From Flaccisagitta enflata (lineage: Eukaryota), in the NCBI GenBank assembly GCA_965153355.1, contig OZ231126.1, forward strand, positions 16,926,001-16,990,000: 64,000 bases of DNA. Direction: 5' to 3'. Positions 1 through 14,966 of this stretch are shown in pieces. How positions within the stretch are numbered: position 1 is the stretch's first letter; each line of letters begins with the position of its first letter. The notes under the pieces were generated by a model, which saw only the letters and a list, made by a program, of their open reading frames with translations, ran no database searches and was not told the DNA's origin. Both the position numbers and the translations under genes were made by a program.

Positions 1-38
1 ATCAAATCTTTTCTGTGTATTTTCCATATGGTATGCAG

Positions 39-340
39 TAGGGTGGTCACGAAATAGGGTCAAATTTCAAAAAATGATATACTCTAGTTTTTTGCATAAA
101 TGTATCAAATAAAAAGGTTTTCCCACAAGTAGAGGTCTGGATTTGAAGAAAAAACCATGGCGGCAAAACTACAGGCTTCCTATGGCGATAAAAAAATCCT
201 CATGATAAACCTATGGTTTTGCCAACAGGGTTTCTTGATTGATTTCACACCCCAGCTTGCCAATAAAGGCGGCTCTCGCCGACCGGAAAAAAATCGTAAG
301 GGTTGTTTTGTGTGTGTGTGTGTGCGTGTGTGTGTGCGGT

Positions 341-376
<36 letters not shown>

Positions 377-1058
377 GTTTGTGTGTTGTTCGCTGTGTCT
401 CTGTCGCTGTCTCTCTCTCTGTGGTTGTCACTCTCTGTCAGTCTATCTGTCTGTCTGTCTGTCTGTCTCTGTCTCTCTTTCTCTCCCTCCCCCTCTCTCC
501 CTCTCCCTTCCCCTCCCTTCCTGCTACTTTCCCTCCCTCTTCTTCCCTTCCTCTCTCCCTCCCTCCCTCTCCCTCCCTCCCTTTCTCTCCCTCCTTCCCT
601 CCCACTCCCTCTTTCCATCCCTATCCTTCCCCCTCCCCCCCTCTCCCTCCCACGCTCTCCCTCCCTCCCTCTCTCCCTCACTCTCCCTATGCCCTCTGCT
701 GAACTCATTTTTGTTGTTACTTAGGGCCAAAAATTGAGATCAATGAAAAATAAAGATGTTTGAGAAAAATGCGGAAAATGTGAAAAAATAAAAAAAGATT
801 AAAAAATTCATAGCGCCTAAAGTATTGGTCCGACAGTGCCCTCTTTCACCCTGTACCAATTTCAACCCCAGCCTCGGGCGAGCCTAGTCGTGACTAGAGT
901 TGGGAGAACTTGTGTCGTGACTATCGGAATCGACAGTCACACCCCATGATGTCGGTCCCTCGACATCATGGTCAAAAACCGTCACGACCTACTGACTGAC
1001 AGACAAAGGAAAAGATATAGAAAAAGAGAGACAGACTTTTCACATCTTACTTTATATA

Positions 1059-1136
<78 letters not shown>

Positions 1137-2022
1137 TCTTTCTCCCTTTCTCAATCATCAGCTATGAATTTTTTCTTGCTCACCAACAAGATTCTCCCCC
1201 AGTCCGTTTGTTTCTATCCTTGTCTCAAACTGGTCCAAACAGTTTCTTTTCCATGCCTTCCATGCCATCTTTACCTTGTTTTCTTTTGTTGGACATAATC
1301 CTCACATGAGGCTAAATAAGGCAGGATACACAGCCAATAAGTTGTCGCTTTTGTGTGGGCAGGGGCTGTACATGGACGAGCAGGGGCTGTGATATGGCTA
1401 GGAAGGGGTAGTAATGCATAGACATTTTGTGACCTAAAAGGGGAAGAGAACCACCAGTTCTTACTAACTAGTTTCTTACACAAAGGGAAAATTTTACAAG
1501 CTTATCATTTTGTCATTCATTCATTCATTCATTCATTCAACCCTTCATTTATTTATTCATTCACTCATTCACTCATTCATTCATTCATTCATTCATTTAT
1601 GCATACATACTTTGTTAATACGTGAAGCATATATCAGTGACACATGTAGACTGAGACTGAGAGGGAATTAAATTTCATGTCTTACAATCTGCTGTATAAT
1701 GCAGAAATGAAATGGAAGTGGCATGACTGCAACAACATTTAGTAGTGACGATGTCGAAACTTATATGAAGACATTCAAGGGAAACAAAACTTTTGATAAC
1801 CAATTAGTTTTTAGCTAGTGTCGATGATCTCTGGTCGTGACTCAACTTCCTCAAAATATCCCAAGCAAAAATGGAAAAAATTAATTCCTAAGCGAAACTC
1901 AAAAAATTGAAAAACGTTTTTCGATTTTTTTCCCAATGAGAAATCCTTCTTTTATTGGACATTTCTGCAAAGGGCTCAAGTATATCAATATGTGAAATTT
2001 TTCCCAATTCTGGACCACCCTA
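39..2022. mobile_element. Non-autonomous hAT-like element
   Basis: TIRs TAGGGTGGTC (39) and GACCACCCTA (ends 2022); flanking 8-bp near-duplication gtatgcag/gtatgcaa; no coding capacity. Confidence 0.6.
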
Positions 2023-3288
2023 GTATGCAATGGGTCCAGGTTTTGTGTTATATCATCTACTGAAAATTGTACACAGGCCAATTTCCCCCTGAGCAACCAG
2101 GATGATTTTTCAGCTAAAAGTGGTTCTTGGTTGTATTCATCTCTATTTATGATTAATTTGACCCACAGCAAGAGTTAGATACTGTGAGAGGTAGTGAAAG
2201 CTTCAAAGGCTCTCATTCTTGATTTATATGGGTCTAACACTTGGTACACCCGTAATCTGGGGTGAGATTAAACCTCAGGGGTCGCTCAGGGTTAAACCCT
2301 GAGTTAACCTCAAGCAACCCAAGCTCAGTGTTTGCTCGGGGTTGCTTGGGGTGGCTTAGGGTTGCTTGGGGTTGCATTGTTAGAAACAACTCCACTATGA
2401 TCAACAATAACAACCAATAACAACCCCGAGCAAACCCCAGCAACCCTGAGCAACCCCTAGCAAAATCTGAGCAATTCCAAGCAACCTCGGGGTTTCATCT
2501 CATTGTTTTATGTTACAGATTACCTGGTGTGGTAATCCTGTTCAAATTTTATATCACAAACTTCATAATTTTTCATTTAAAGAGTTACAAAAAAATGAAA
2601 TTCTAATCATTTTCAAATTAGACATTTACTTCATTCTGTTATACATATTGTGAATTGATCATAAATGATTTTATACATAACTTTAACTAGAATCTAAGTT
2701 AAATGAACTCATGATAAGAAAAATTTACATACTTATCAAAATGTTTTTAAGATTTTATTGGTTTGATAATTATTTTTGAATTTTACAAAAAAACTCAAAA
2801 ATTCAAAAAAATTGCTAGTATCCAGCACTATCTAAAAAAATTTCATTTAGTATCTGGATTAGTAGCTGGTATCCAGATTATTTTTTCAGTACGTCCATTA
2901 CCTATTAGGCTGGGCTCATTTTTGCCATTTCAAAATATCTCTTACTCCAAGTGATTTTCACTTTCTACATGTATAAATAGAGCCCAGTCTACTTGCATAA
3001 TCATTTCCAACATGATCTTCTCAGACCGTCATTGGATTGAAAAATGCCATTTTAAAGCAAAAAAATCACTTTTTTTCACTTTTTTTCCTTCCAACACCAA
3101 ATTGTTGAGTGAATTGAAGATAATCTTATGAGTTATGATCGTGGAATTCAACTTAAAACATAAAAACATAAAATCCATTCACTAAATACAACAATTACAG
3201 CTTTCAAACTTGAAATATGAACAACTAAGGAATGAGAGGAATCTTTAAACTTAATCTTTCGCATGTCGCATGTTGTTCCATAGGCGAC

Positions 3289-3379
<91 letters not shown>

Positions 3380-3494
3380 AATCATTTGGTTTGTGTTTTA
3401 AATAACAACTTGTTATCACTGCTGTATTTAATTCAGCTTCTGCTTTCGCTGCTGGTGCTGCTGTTTTTGTTGCTTTTGTTTTTCTTGTTGTTGC

Positions 3495-3538
<44 letters not shown>

Positions 3539-3912
3539 GATGTTGGCTGTGGCAGCTGCTATTGTTGCTGTTTTCTTTGTCATTGTCGTTGTCAGTGTTG
3601 TCGTCATTGTTGTTGTTGTCATTGTCATTGTTGTTGTTGTCACTGTTGTTGCTGCTGTTGTCCTTGTCGTCGTCGTCGCCATCGTCATCGTCATCGTCGT
3701 TGTTGTTAGCTGCTTCTGTTGTTTTGTTTTTTTTATACTCAAATGTGTCCGCCTAGCATCTACCGTTTTCCCTTTGCTTGGATGCAGCCATGCTGTTCTC
3801 TTACCTGCCTTCGCGGTGATTCGCAAGAATTGCTCTACATGTTGTGTATTCAAAAGAGCATCAATCTTTAGGGGCATTGGCTGGTACCGCTGCCAACCAG
3901 TTTTGTAACAAC

Positions 3913-4036
3913 TAGGGATGTGGAAGCGATTGACCGCTTCCGTTTTAGAGGATGAGATAACTACTAGTATTTGTACTACAAAATGGAAGCGGAAGCGGTG
4001 GAAGCGGCACCAAAATTTACCGCTTCCACATCCCTA
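3913..4036. mobile_element. hAT-type MITE
   Basis: TIR TAGGGATGTGGAAGCG ... CGCTTCCACATCCCTA; perfect 8-bp TSD gtaacaac (3905-3912, 4037-4044). Confidence 0.85.
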
Positions 4037-5854
4037 GTAACAACTCGACAAACCCTCCTACTACACCAGAGATCTAAGAATACAGCATCCTTGAATTGGT
4101 CATGTAGCTGACTTGTTTCTGCTCTTCTTCATCGATGGTAACCCCATACATGTAGGACTCCCACTAGTTCCAACAAGTGACACGGGGTCACAATATTGTT
4201 GTGGACGGGTGGGGAGGGGCAGCCAACCCCCATCCACACCTCACCCAACACCCCTTTCAACACCAGCACATACACAAAAATCTTTTAAAATGATCATTTT
4301 CCCACTTTTCGACTCGTGCTTACGGGCGGACTGACAGATGGACAGATGGACGGACGGATGGACCAACAGACGGACAAAGCCTCTTATTGAGTTGCATGAC
4401 CGCAACTAATAAGAAAGATCTGTTTTACGTCGTCCAAAATTTTTGCTTGCCACATCGTCCATGGGATTTCTTAGAAATGCTAAGTCTAACTTTTTGATAT
4501 TTATTTGCCACTTCGTCAGTGATCTGGCAAGTATTTGATTATGAAAATACTTTGAAAATAAGACCAAGTAGGCCAATAAGGTGCAGCGTGTGGATCGTCG
4601 AATGAATGCGTTACCCCACAGACCAACCAACCAGCCGACCAATGGACACAGCCAGTTATAGAGGTGCTTTGTCGCACCTAAGAAGACGACTTGCCAGCAC
4701 GCATTCCTTACTCTTTCTCCTGCCCCTTCCTCCCTCTCCTGTCCCTCTTCCTCCTTTCCCTTTTCCTCCATTTTGTCTCGTAATGATCGTCCTGAATTTC
4801 GACGTGATCTACCTATGATTGAATTCATTCTTTATCTATTAGGCCGTGTTATTGTGTAATCCGCTTTTTGAGCAGTGGCCGATGTCCTGTTAGAACACAG
4901 GGGTAAACCATTACGTCTGTACGTACCCCCCTCCCCCCCCCTCCCGAGGCCTAAACCCTCAATCCAGCATATTGAGGCCTAGAATCTAGTCTTAGGAGTT
5001 TTTAATCAGTCCTCTCAGGCCTCAAACCAGCGCTCTCAGGGGGCGTTTTATAGTCAGATATAATCGCGTTTTGAACGGGCCATTCGGTCGCTCTCTACGT
5101 TCGTTCGCTCGCACCGCTCACTCCGCTTACTCACTCCGCAGCGCTCCGCTTTGCTACGCTCGCTTTGTTACGCTCGCTTCCCTAGCTCGGTTCACAGGCT
5201 TGCTCACTCACTTCGCTCACTCCTTCATGGGACAGTTGAAATTCATGAATATGTGATCATGCTGTTATCATGTTTTACGGAGAGAAACGCGTTTAAAATC
5301 ATCTTCGCTAGAAACACGCCCCAAGACCCATACTAAGCACCCCAGACCTGATATTAGCCCTCCCAAGCCTGGTATCAGCCCTCTTAGGTTTAACATCAGC
5401 CTCTCATGTCTTAATTAATCTCACCTCGCCTCATGACGGGGCAACAGGTCCTGCTGAGCGCTGACCATGTGCGATCCTTTGATGACTTGTCGTTTTTGAG
5501 CAGCGACCCAAAGGGCCCATGTCCTGTGGAACACAGGGGTGAGTTTCCAGACGTCCGTCCTTCCACCCCTGTCCCATGGCTATTGGGGCCTCAAATCAGC
5601 ACTATCAGGCCTAATTTTGGACATTTGAGTCCTCCAATAAACCCTCTAATTAACCCTTTTGTATAGCCCTCAAGACCCCAAATCATCCCTGCAGGAATCA
5701 AATCTGCCCCAGAGGCCTCAAGCCTGCCCACCAGGTTTCGTGCCTCAGACTCAACTCTACAGGCTGATAATCGCTAAGTTGAATCAATAGTTTGGATAGG
5801 CAAGGTCAATATAGATCTGCCTCACGCGCACACACATGCAAACGCACACACACA

Positions 5855-5949
<95 letters not shown>

Positions 5950-5955
5950 GATATA

Positions 5956-8017
5956 CAGTCAGTGGACAAACCGGTATAGGTATAAATCTCTATGGGTTGT
6001 GATGATTCTTAGAGAAAGATCATTTCAAATGTAAGGTTAATCACTAAGTTGAAAAAGCTTTCTTGACTTAGGAATTAACTAAGATCAGAGACATTTCTAC
6101 AGAGAGGCCATGCAAAATGATGAAAAATCATGTTTTTCAAAAATTTATGATGACCAATATATTCAGACATGAAATTTTGTGTAGATTCCAAATCTAAAGG
6201 TCCCACTAAGCATATGAGCAGTCATGGTATGCTGGAACAGCTCGTCAACAGCATCATTGAAGGATCTTAATAAATCATGTAAAAACTATATGCAGCAGAA
6301 GTTATTTATTTTCAGATAAGTTAGTTTCACAGCTATAAATGTGATAAGTCGAAAAACAAAGATAGGAATCAAGGTGGGCTGGAGCTGCTCGTCAACTGCA
6401 TCACTGAAGGATCCCCTCCACAAGAAACTATGCAAAATTATGAAAAATCATGTATTTTAAAAAATCATTATGACCAATGTATTCAGACACGAAATTTTGT
6501 GTAGATTATAGATCTGAAGGCGTTATTAGGCATATGAGCACTCAAGGTATGCTGGAACGGCTCGTCAACAGCATCATTGAAGGCCTTTGCAAAAAATCAT
6601 GTAAGACAATATGTAGCAGAGGTTATTTATTTCAGTATTTAAGTAACATTCACTGTTATAAGCGTAATAAGAGGAAAAAGATTTGAATCAGGGTGGGCTG
6701 GAGCTGCTCGTCAATTGCATCACTAAAGGATATATCCACAATTAAATAGCAAGTGACGCAGGGTCTACATATTAATGCAAACGGGTGGGCAGAGGCATAC
6801 AAACCCCATCCACACCCGTACTCCCACTCCCACACACATTGAAAAACTCAAACAGTGTCTAAAGCACTTGTTTTTCCACTTTTCGATTCAATCACTACAG
6901 ACGGACCAACAGACTGACTAACCAACAGACAAAGCCTCTTATAGAGTTGCATGTCCGCAACTAAAAAGAGAAACAAAATTTTGAATGAGGATGCTTTGAA
7001 GCTGCTTGTCAACTGCATCGCTAAATGATCCCCTCCTCGACCTCTATGTTCCCAACTTCCCAGTGCAAGAACATTTTCTTGCTGTAAAATCTTTGAAATT
7101 TAACAGAGATTCTGAAAATTTTTAGAAACTCTGTATCAAATCAAGAAAACTGAGCATTGAATTAACGGCTGCTGGAACTGTTTGTCAACTGCATCATCAA
7201 ATAAATAAAAAATGATGCAAATTCCATGTACAATATACATTGAATATTTGGTGTGACCCCTTTGCGCATCAACAACTGCCTTCATTTGCCTTGGGATGCT
7301 TTTGTAGAGAAACTTTAGGTAGAATGGCGCGATCTTTCTCTACACTTTGAGTGTGATCATTTTCAGTTCTGTTTCAGATATTGCTTGCTTTTTGATCTGT
7401 AGAATTTCAAAGAGCTAAAATTGCGCTTTTATCAACTAAAGAAATCTAGCAAGCACCACTCATGGTATGAATAACAAAAAAAAATCAGGAATGATACTAA
7501 TGTCAATTGAACAAGGCCAAGTAGGCCAATACATGTGGATCGTCGAACGAATGCGTTACCTGACCAACCGACCGACAGACCAACCGACAGACACAGCCAG
7601 TTACAGAGGTGCTTTGTCCCACCTAAAAATTACATGTATGCTACTGGTTTGGCAGTGAAAACAACGAGAAACTTGATGCATTTTTTTCTGCATTTTTCAA
7701 CCTAAGGAGCAATCTTGTATCGCATGTCAATTATAAACGCCTCAAGATAATTGAATGCGGTTTGCGGCATTCAATTGGAAATTTGCTTTAGTTTCTGAAT
7801 CTCACAGATCTTTTATGAATTGAATTACTAGAAGTAGAGATATTGCTTGATAAGTGAGGTGACAAACATATGATCTAGATAGTATTGTTGCGGATTGATG
7901 AGCGGGGGCGATCAAATCCCACCCACACCCCAATCCCCACTCGAACCACCCACACACACATGGGCATATTTGGAGGGGTAGCCATGGTGGCCCCTAACTA
8001 TAAGGCACAATCAGAGG

Positions 8018-8048
<31 letters not shown>

Positions 8049-11000
8049 TAAGGAATGAAAAGGTTGACAGCGGCAGCTGGGGAGGAAGAAGACCACCAAT
8101 AAACGCTGAATCAGCATATTAAGAAAGACCTACCAACAAACCAACCAGCAGACAAAGTCACACTGGATCTTTTTGGCTGTTTCTGCGAAGTAGTTTTTTA
8201 TGCGCAAAGGAATCCAAAGACGGAAATATTACGATTTTCTGTTTTACCTATGCCATTTTAACTTGCATTAAAGCAAAATTTAGGCAGATTTCCTTTGATA
8301 GATTTCTTTCAGCCCCTTATTTCACTTCGCGGATCTGACGAGTGTGAAGTGGGTTTTGACAGTGAGCATCCAAAGGCAAGATTGAGCGTGTCAACAGGAG
8401 CCAAAATAGAAAATCTTATGAGTGTAAAAATGAAAAATAACATAAAGCAAATCACTGAAGTGAATCAAATCAAATATTTTACTGCAAAATTTGCATTTGA
8501 ATAGGAAAAAACAGCAAGTATAGTTATCATTAACTAAATATATTCACAAAAAGAAATTCAAAACTTTATTTTTGTTCACTGATTTGGGGCTTGTCAAAAT
8601 CATAACTTTGCATGAAAAATTTTCATACACAAAAATGAAGAAATTAACTTGCTTCCAAAATTGATTATGGAGAGGGCTATGTTTTTGAAAAAGCAAAATT
8701 TGTTTGCATTTGTGAATCTCATAATTTTGACGGCAGCAAAAACATATATGAGCAAGATTTCACTAAAAACCCTGTTTTAAGGTTGTTTAGAGGTCAGCAT
8801 ATAATAGAGATATGCACACATAGTGTTTCTGGAGACCATTCAGGCCTGAGGGAGTATTTGTGGTATGATTATCTTTCCACCATAGTTGAAAAGATGGGAT
8901 GAAACACACATGTTGCCTTCAACGCTCGCCATCTTAAAGATGTGCGTGCAAGTGATAAAAAACTTAATCTTTTGCAGAAAGAGCAAAGATGACCAGATTT
9001 GTCAAGAATACTCGTCAGTTTATCGTTGTTTTGTATTTCATTATTTTTCAAACATTGGGGCACAACTTGCTCAGACTTGCTCAGCAATTATTTCACCCAA
9101 AAAGTTTTTTTGGCTCATAAATTTTGCATGAATAAACTGCAGATATTTAAAAACAAACATGTAGCACAATTGAGGTTTCTTTCTTTACAGTTGTAGTTCA
9201 TGGGGATGTACTTTTGAGTGATTCAGTTGACAAATACTTACAGCACACTCTTATTCAGTACTTTTTGCTCTAATTCTATGCATATCAGAAATCTCAAAGA
9301 TTTTACAGTCAAAAAGAATTCTTTGCATTAGAAACCACTCAAGTTGTGGATGTGATCCCTCAGTGATGCACTTGACAGGCAGCCCCAAAACCCCCTGATG
9401 CAATCTTTTTTTTCATCTTATTGCATCAAATGCCTTGAAATATATTCATCTGAGAATAAGATTACCTTTGCGGCATTTAGTTCTACATGAGTTGTGGAGA
9501 GGGCCCTCAATGATGCTGTTGACGATTAGTTCCAACATTTTTTGACTGCTCAAATGCCAAGTGACATTTTCAGATTTGTAATTGGGACAAAATCATTTGT
9601 CTAAATACATTTGACAAGATGACTTTTTAAAAACATAATTTTCCATTATTTTGCATGGTTTCCCCTGCCCTGGAGGGGACCCTTCAGTGATGCAGTTGAC
9701 ACACAGGTGCAACATACCCTTATTCAAATCAATTTTTTTTCTCTATATTCTTTACCATCATGTTGGGCATCCACCGCCGCCTGAACACACTTTGGCATCG
9801 ACTTGTAGAGAGACTGGAGCTACTATGAAGTGATGTGGATTCACACCTCTTATGCAATTCATTTCAGCCCTGTTTTGAATGTTGTTTTCCAGTGTTTCTG
9901 CAGGTTTTCCACTTAAATCTTTGAAATCTCAATTGGATCGAGATCTGAATTGATCTGGGCTAACCTTCGATGAGTTTAACTCATCAATCTTACGGTACAT
10001 TTGGCGCAGTGCGCCAGTGCACCATCTTCCATGAACTTAAAAAGAGCAAATGTTTTCTTTATTTGGCTTATTTCTAAACAAAAAAAAACACAGGAACCAG
10101 CTTGGTCTCAATTGATAGATTTTTTAAAGATGCAAATTTTGGAAAAAAATCATCTTAGTGCATTTAAAACTAAAAGAGTTATGACACTTCAAAGCTGTCC
10201 GTCTATTTATGGCCAAGATGGTACAAACCTGTGAAACTTACTTATCTAAAAACATAATTAGTTCAGCTGCTTACAATTCCACATGAGTTGTGGAGAGGCC
10301 CTTCAATGATGCTGTTGACAAGCTGTTTCAGCATACTTTGTGTGCTCCAATGCCAAGCGACGCCTTCAGATTTGTAATCTACACAAAATTGCATGTCTGT
10401 ATACATTGGTCATGATGACTTTTTGAAAAACATAATTTTTCATTATTTTGCATGGCTTCTCATGGAGGGGATCCTTCAATGATGCAGTTGACAAGCAGGG
10501 CAACACACGTGTATACGCCTCTCCACAACTCATGTGGAATTGTAAGCAGCTGAACTAATTATGTTTTTAGATAAGTAAGTTTCACAGCTTTGTACCATCT
10601 TGGCCATAAATAGACGGACAGCTTTGAAGTGTCATAACTCTTTTAGTTTTAAATGCACTAAGATGATTTTTTTCCAAAATTTGCATCTTTAAAAAATCTA
10701 TCAATTGAGACCAAGCTGGTTCCTGTGTTTTTTTTTGTTTAGAAATAAGCCAAATAAAGAAAACATTTGCTCTTTTTAAGTTCATGGAACAATCAGATCT
10801 TTGTTATTCCTCATACTGTTTACAAAGCTGTAAAAGTTACTTATCTGATTAAAAAAAAACTTCCCCTGCATTTAGTTCTATATGAGTTGTGGAGAGGTTT
10901 TACAAGATTTTTTGAGTGGTCCTTCAATGATGTTTTTGACGAGCTGTTCCAGCATACCTTGAGAGTTGACATGCCTAGTGGCACCTTCAGATTTGTAATC

Positions 11001-11558
11001 TACACAGAATATCTTTTCTGAATACATTGATTTTATGATTTAAATTACATTTTGAAGAACATGATTTTTCATCCTTTTGCATTGTCTCTTGTGGAAGAGA
11101 TCCTTCAGTGATGCAGTTGACAAGCAGCTCCAGCCCATCCTGATTCAAATAATTGTTTTTTCCACTTATTACATTTATAGCTGTGAAACTTACTTATCTG
11201 AAAATAAATAACTTCTGCTGCATATAGTTCTACATGATTTATTGAGAGGTCCTGCAATGTTGCTGTTGACGAGCTGTTCCAGCATATCTTGACTGCTCAT
11301 ATGCTTAGTGGAACCTTCAAATTAGTAATCCACACAAAATTTCATGTCTGAAAACATTGATCAAGATAACTTTTTGAAAAACACAATTTTTCATCATTTT
11401 ACATGGCCTCTCTGTAGAAATGTCTCTGATCTTAGTTATTTCCTAAGTCAAGGAAGCTTCTTTGACTTAGTAATCAACCTAATCTCTGAAATGATCTTTC
11501 TCTGAGAAATATAACTACCGATAGGGATTTATACCTATACCGGTTTGTCCACTGACTG
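5956..11558 (-). mobile_element. Decayed Tc1/mariner transposon with long, internally repetitive TIRs
   Basis: Ends CAGTCAGTGGACAAACCGGTATAGGTATAAATC and its reverse complement, each flanked by TA; inverted similarity extends several hundred bp and is built from ~300-bp subrepeats; minus-strand remnant ~7245-7320 reads LKFLYKSIPRQMKAVVDAQRGHTKY, like a Tc1 transposase C-terminus. Confidence 0.8.
10027..10789. repeat. Near-perfect 273-bp inverted repeat (10027-10299 / 10517-10789)
   Basis: Direct comparison; the same peptide MNLKRANVFF...GQDGT appears on both strands in the ORF track. Confidence 0.9.
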
Positions 11559-12633
11559 TATATACGCAATCACACGCACTTACAAAGCGTCCATGTCTCC
11601 GGAAAACATCTTTTTGAAAAAAGAAAAAAAAATGGCATTTTTTACTTAAGATTCACTGAACATATCACAATGACGGTCTGGCTAAATTTTGTCAGAATTG
11701 ATTTTACAAGTAGATATGACTTTAATTTCATCATAGGAACATGAAAAGTGCTTGGAGCAAGAGTGTTTCTCAAATCGTCATCGTGGGCCCAGCCTATTAC
11801 CTATGGTGCTAACTCAGGCTTTTCGAAAATCGCTTGTTAGCCCCTAAAAAATCGCTAGAATTTGCTAGATTTTTTTCCAAATAAGCTAAAAATTCGCTAG
11901 ATTTTCCTTTGCTTACCTGATAACCATTAATAGAGAAAACAACCCATATAACAAGAGTAAAATGCGGATAGGATTCAAAACATTCATTTGAATAATTAAT
12001 TATCCGGATACACGGCTACCTTAGTCGCCTACGGGTGGCGAAAAAAAGCTAAGCGTGACCTAAGCGTGACCGACCAACAGACTGACGGCCAGAGCGGGTT
12101 GTAGAGTCAAGTGCACGCGACTAAAAAGACATAACATGACACAGTGTACAAAAGACACTCCTCATTGTTATCAAGCTGAGGTCGAGTTGTCGAAGCAGTC
12201 CCTTGTCTGCAAGCTCGCACATGATCACACATGTTTTGATAGAATCGTTGCATCATGCCGGGAAGAATGGCGATATGCGCGCCATTACCCACGGAGCAAT
12301 GGACCAACAGGTTAACGGACGGACGGATGGACGGACAAAGCCTCTTATAAATGCGTGTCTGCAACTAAGAATGGAATAAAGGAAAGCGTTCTGGGCTAAT
12401 AGATAGAACCTTTGAACACAAAGTAATGCAAACAGTCTGTTTGCATAATATCACTTAACATAAGCAAGAGGACATACAACACGTATGATACAATTCAGTA
12501 TTTCTTCTTCTTTCTTCTGTCTTTCTACTTTTCTTCTTCTATAGTTTTTTTTTTCTTTTTTTTTCTAATGTGCCGACATCAGGCAGCGCAGCCAGCAGCC
12601 TCGAGCAGTATCACATTTTCGATTCAGTAGAGA

Positions 12634-13083
12634 CAGGGGCCTAAAGAGGAATTTTGGGCCCCTATACGATCAAATAATCCCCCCCCCTACTCTCAACGCA
12701 ACCGCCAACACGAATAAGGGCACATAGTTGATATACAGTTTTTTACAGTTTACTTTTCAGTCTCTATACATTCAATCTGGAGAAGAAAATCCAAACAAGT
12801 GTTGAACTAAGCTCTGTAACAAAAATAGAAAAAACAACGCCGGATACACGGCTACCAAAGTCGCGTGCGGGTAGGCAGGCAGGGGCCATATTTGAGGTCA
12901 CAAGACCATTTAGGCAGGAGCAGTGAGGTCAAAGAAATAAAATCATAAAAAAAGTAAAATGTAGACCAACCGACCCTTTTCTTTCCTCTTCATTTCTATG
13001 ACAATTGAGGGGGCCCTCCAGGTCCCCCTGAGGCCCGGGCCCCTATAATTTGTATAGGGTGTAAAGGCCTCTAGAGGCCCCTG
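12634..13083. mobile_element. hAT-type MITE with a nested short repeat
   Basis: TIR CAGGGGCCT...AGGCCCCTG; 8-bp TSD agtagaga (12626-12633, 13084-13091). Confidence 0.8.
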
Positions 13084-14257
13084 AGTAGAGAGCATGATAG
13101 TTGGGAGAAGAAAAACAATGGGTCTCGAGTTGCCCAGTGGGATAAGTGAATGCTGATTCCTATTTCCCATCGGGAATCAGCAATTTGTCCATACAAAATA
13201 GAAGAAAGCCTAAAATTGGATAAATATACAGCAAAAATGGAGAGAATTCGCTGAAATTCGCTAGATTAGCTAGGGGCTCCGAAAAAAATCGCTAGATAAT
13301 TCGATAGGAGCTAGCTAAAAAATTCTTGTCGCTAGGAAGTCCCTAAATTCGCCAGAAATGGCGATAAAATTGCCAAATTAGCAACAGAGTCCATTACTAT
13401 CTGGATCTAGCTACTAACTATCCAACTGGGGGCCACTGCTTGGGCCTGGTCACTGCCCGCAAATCCTTGCCAAGGTGGTGCTGGCTCTCGTCTCCTCAAG
13501 AGTGTTTAAGCCGAACAAACAGAACGAGAAGAGGTGGCGAAACATTTCAACCTAAAATATTTTTTTTCAGTCATTGTATCATCAATATCCATTTTTTGGC
13601 GGGTGGCTTCATGAAACACATGATGATGTTGATAATTTTTACATGCGATTAAGATTTTCCTTTTTTCAATTCACAACTTAAAGGACTAAGTTGTTATTAT
13701 ATCTTTAGTTCAAACTCACAGAATTCCAAATCAACTAAGTTATGCAAGAGCAGTAATCATAAAACTACAATATGCAAATGATATCAATGCTGACTGCAGT
13801 TACCATTATCTCCATTTCGATCTTCTCCTTCTTTTTCTGTTTCTTTTCTTGCTTTTTCCTCCTTCTTCTTCTTCTTCTTCTTCTTCTTCTTCTTCTTCTT
13901 CTTCTTCTTCTTCATCCTCTTCTTCTTCTATCTTTGGGACCTGCCGACATACGTATCCCTTTCCCTGCCAAGAAGCGGCGCTGCTCGCTGCTCCAAAATC
14001 TAGATATCAACATTTTCTTTATGTCGCAGTGAAACTTGAGATAGAGGAATTTACCCATAGGACAAACTAACCAATTGCATTTTTATTTTGGTTACTGCTT
14101 GCCGTATTTTTTTCAAACTTAGTAACTATGTTTGATCACATAAAAGGAATGATCTATTGTAGCCAAATGGTAGAATGGGAAATATGAATGAAGAAAGTTT
14201 GACCATAAAGTTATGAAAAGGTGCAAAAGATTAGTAACAATCGATTTTTTCAGCTCA

Positions 14258-14398
14258 CACAGAATTCCAAATTTGCATAGGAAATCAAAATTTCCATGAA
14301 ACAAGAACATAGCGCGCTCAGTAACTGAGTTAGGGATCGCGCTATGTTCTTATTTTGTTGAGATTTTGATTTTCTATGCAAATTTGCAATTCTGTGTG
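14258..14398. repeat. Imperfect palindrome (foldback/MITE centre)
   Basis: cacagaattccaaatttgcatag...aagaacatagcgcg paired with cgcgctatgttctt...ctatgcaaatttgcaattctgtg. Confidence 0.6.
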
Positions 14399-14791
14399 GG
14401 TCATGGTATAACTACAAATGGACATTTCTACTGCATTTTGTCTAGTATTTTTACCATGAACAGACTTATTATAGTCAATACAAGCAAAATATATCTATTC
14501 ACATGATAGTGGATAACATCCAAGCAAGAAATTTTGTCATATTTGATTGTATAAAAATCATGATTCATCTGGCTTGGGTACAGCTAATTCTATGGTAATT
14601 TTCAGCATGTGTAAGGTGAAGATAAAAGGTAAAAGGTAAAAAGAAAGGAGATAATTTCTTCAGATGAAAGTAAAAGAAGATTACTTTGATTATCTTTGCT
14701 ACGTACAATGACAAAATCAGTTATTTCCAATTCCACTGAGGTGGAAATGATTTTAATTCAAGCAAAAATGTTTGTGATAAAATGGTTGCCT

Positions 14792-14966
<175 letters not shown>

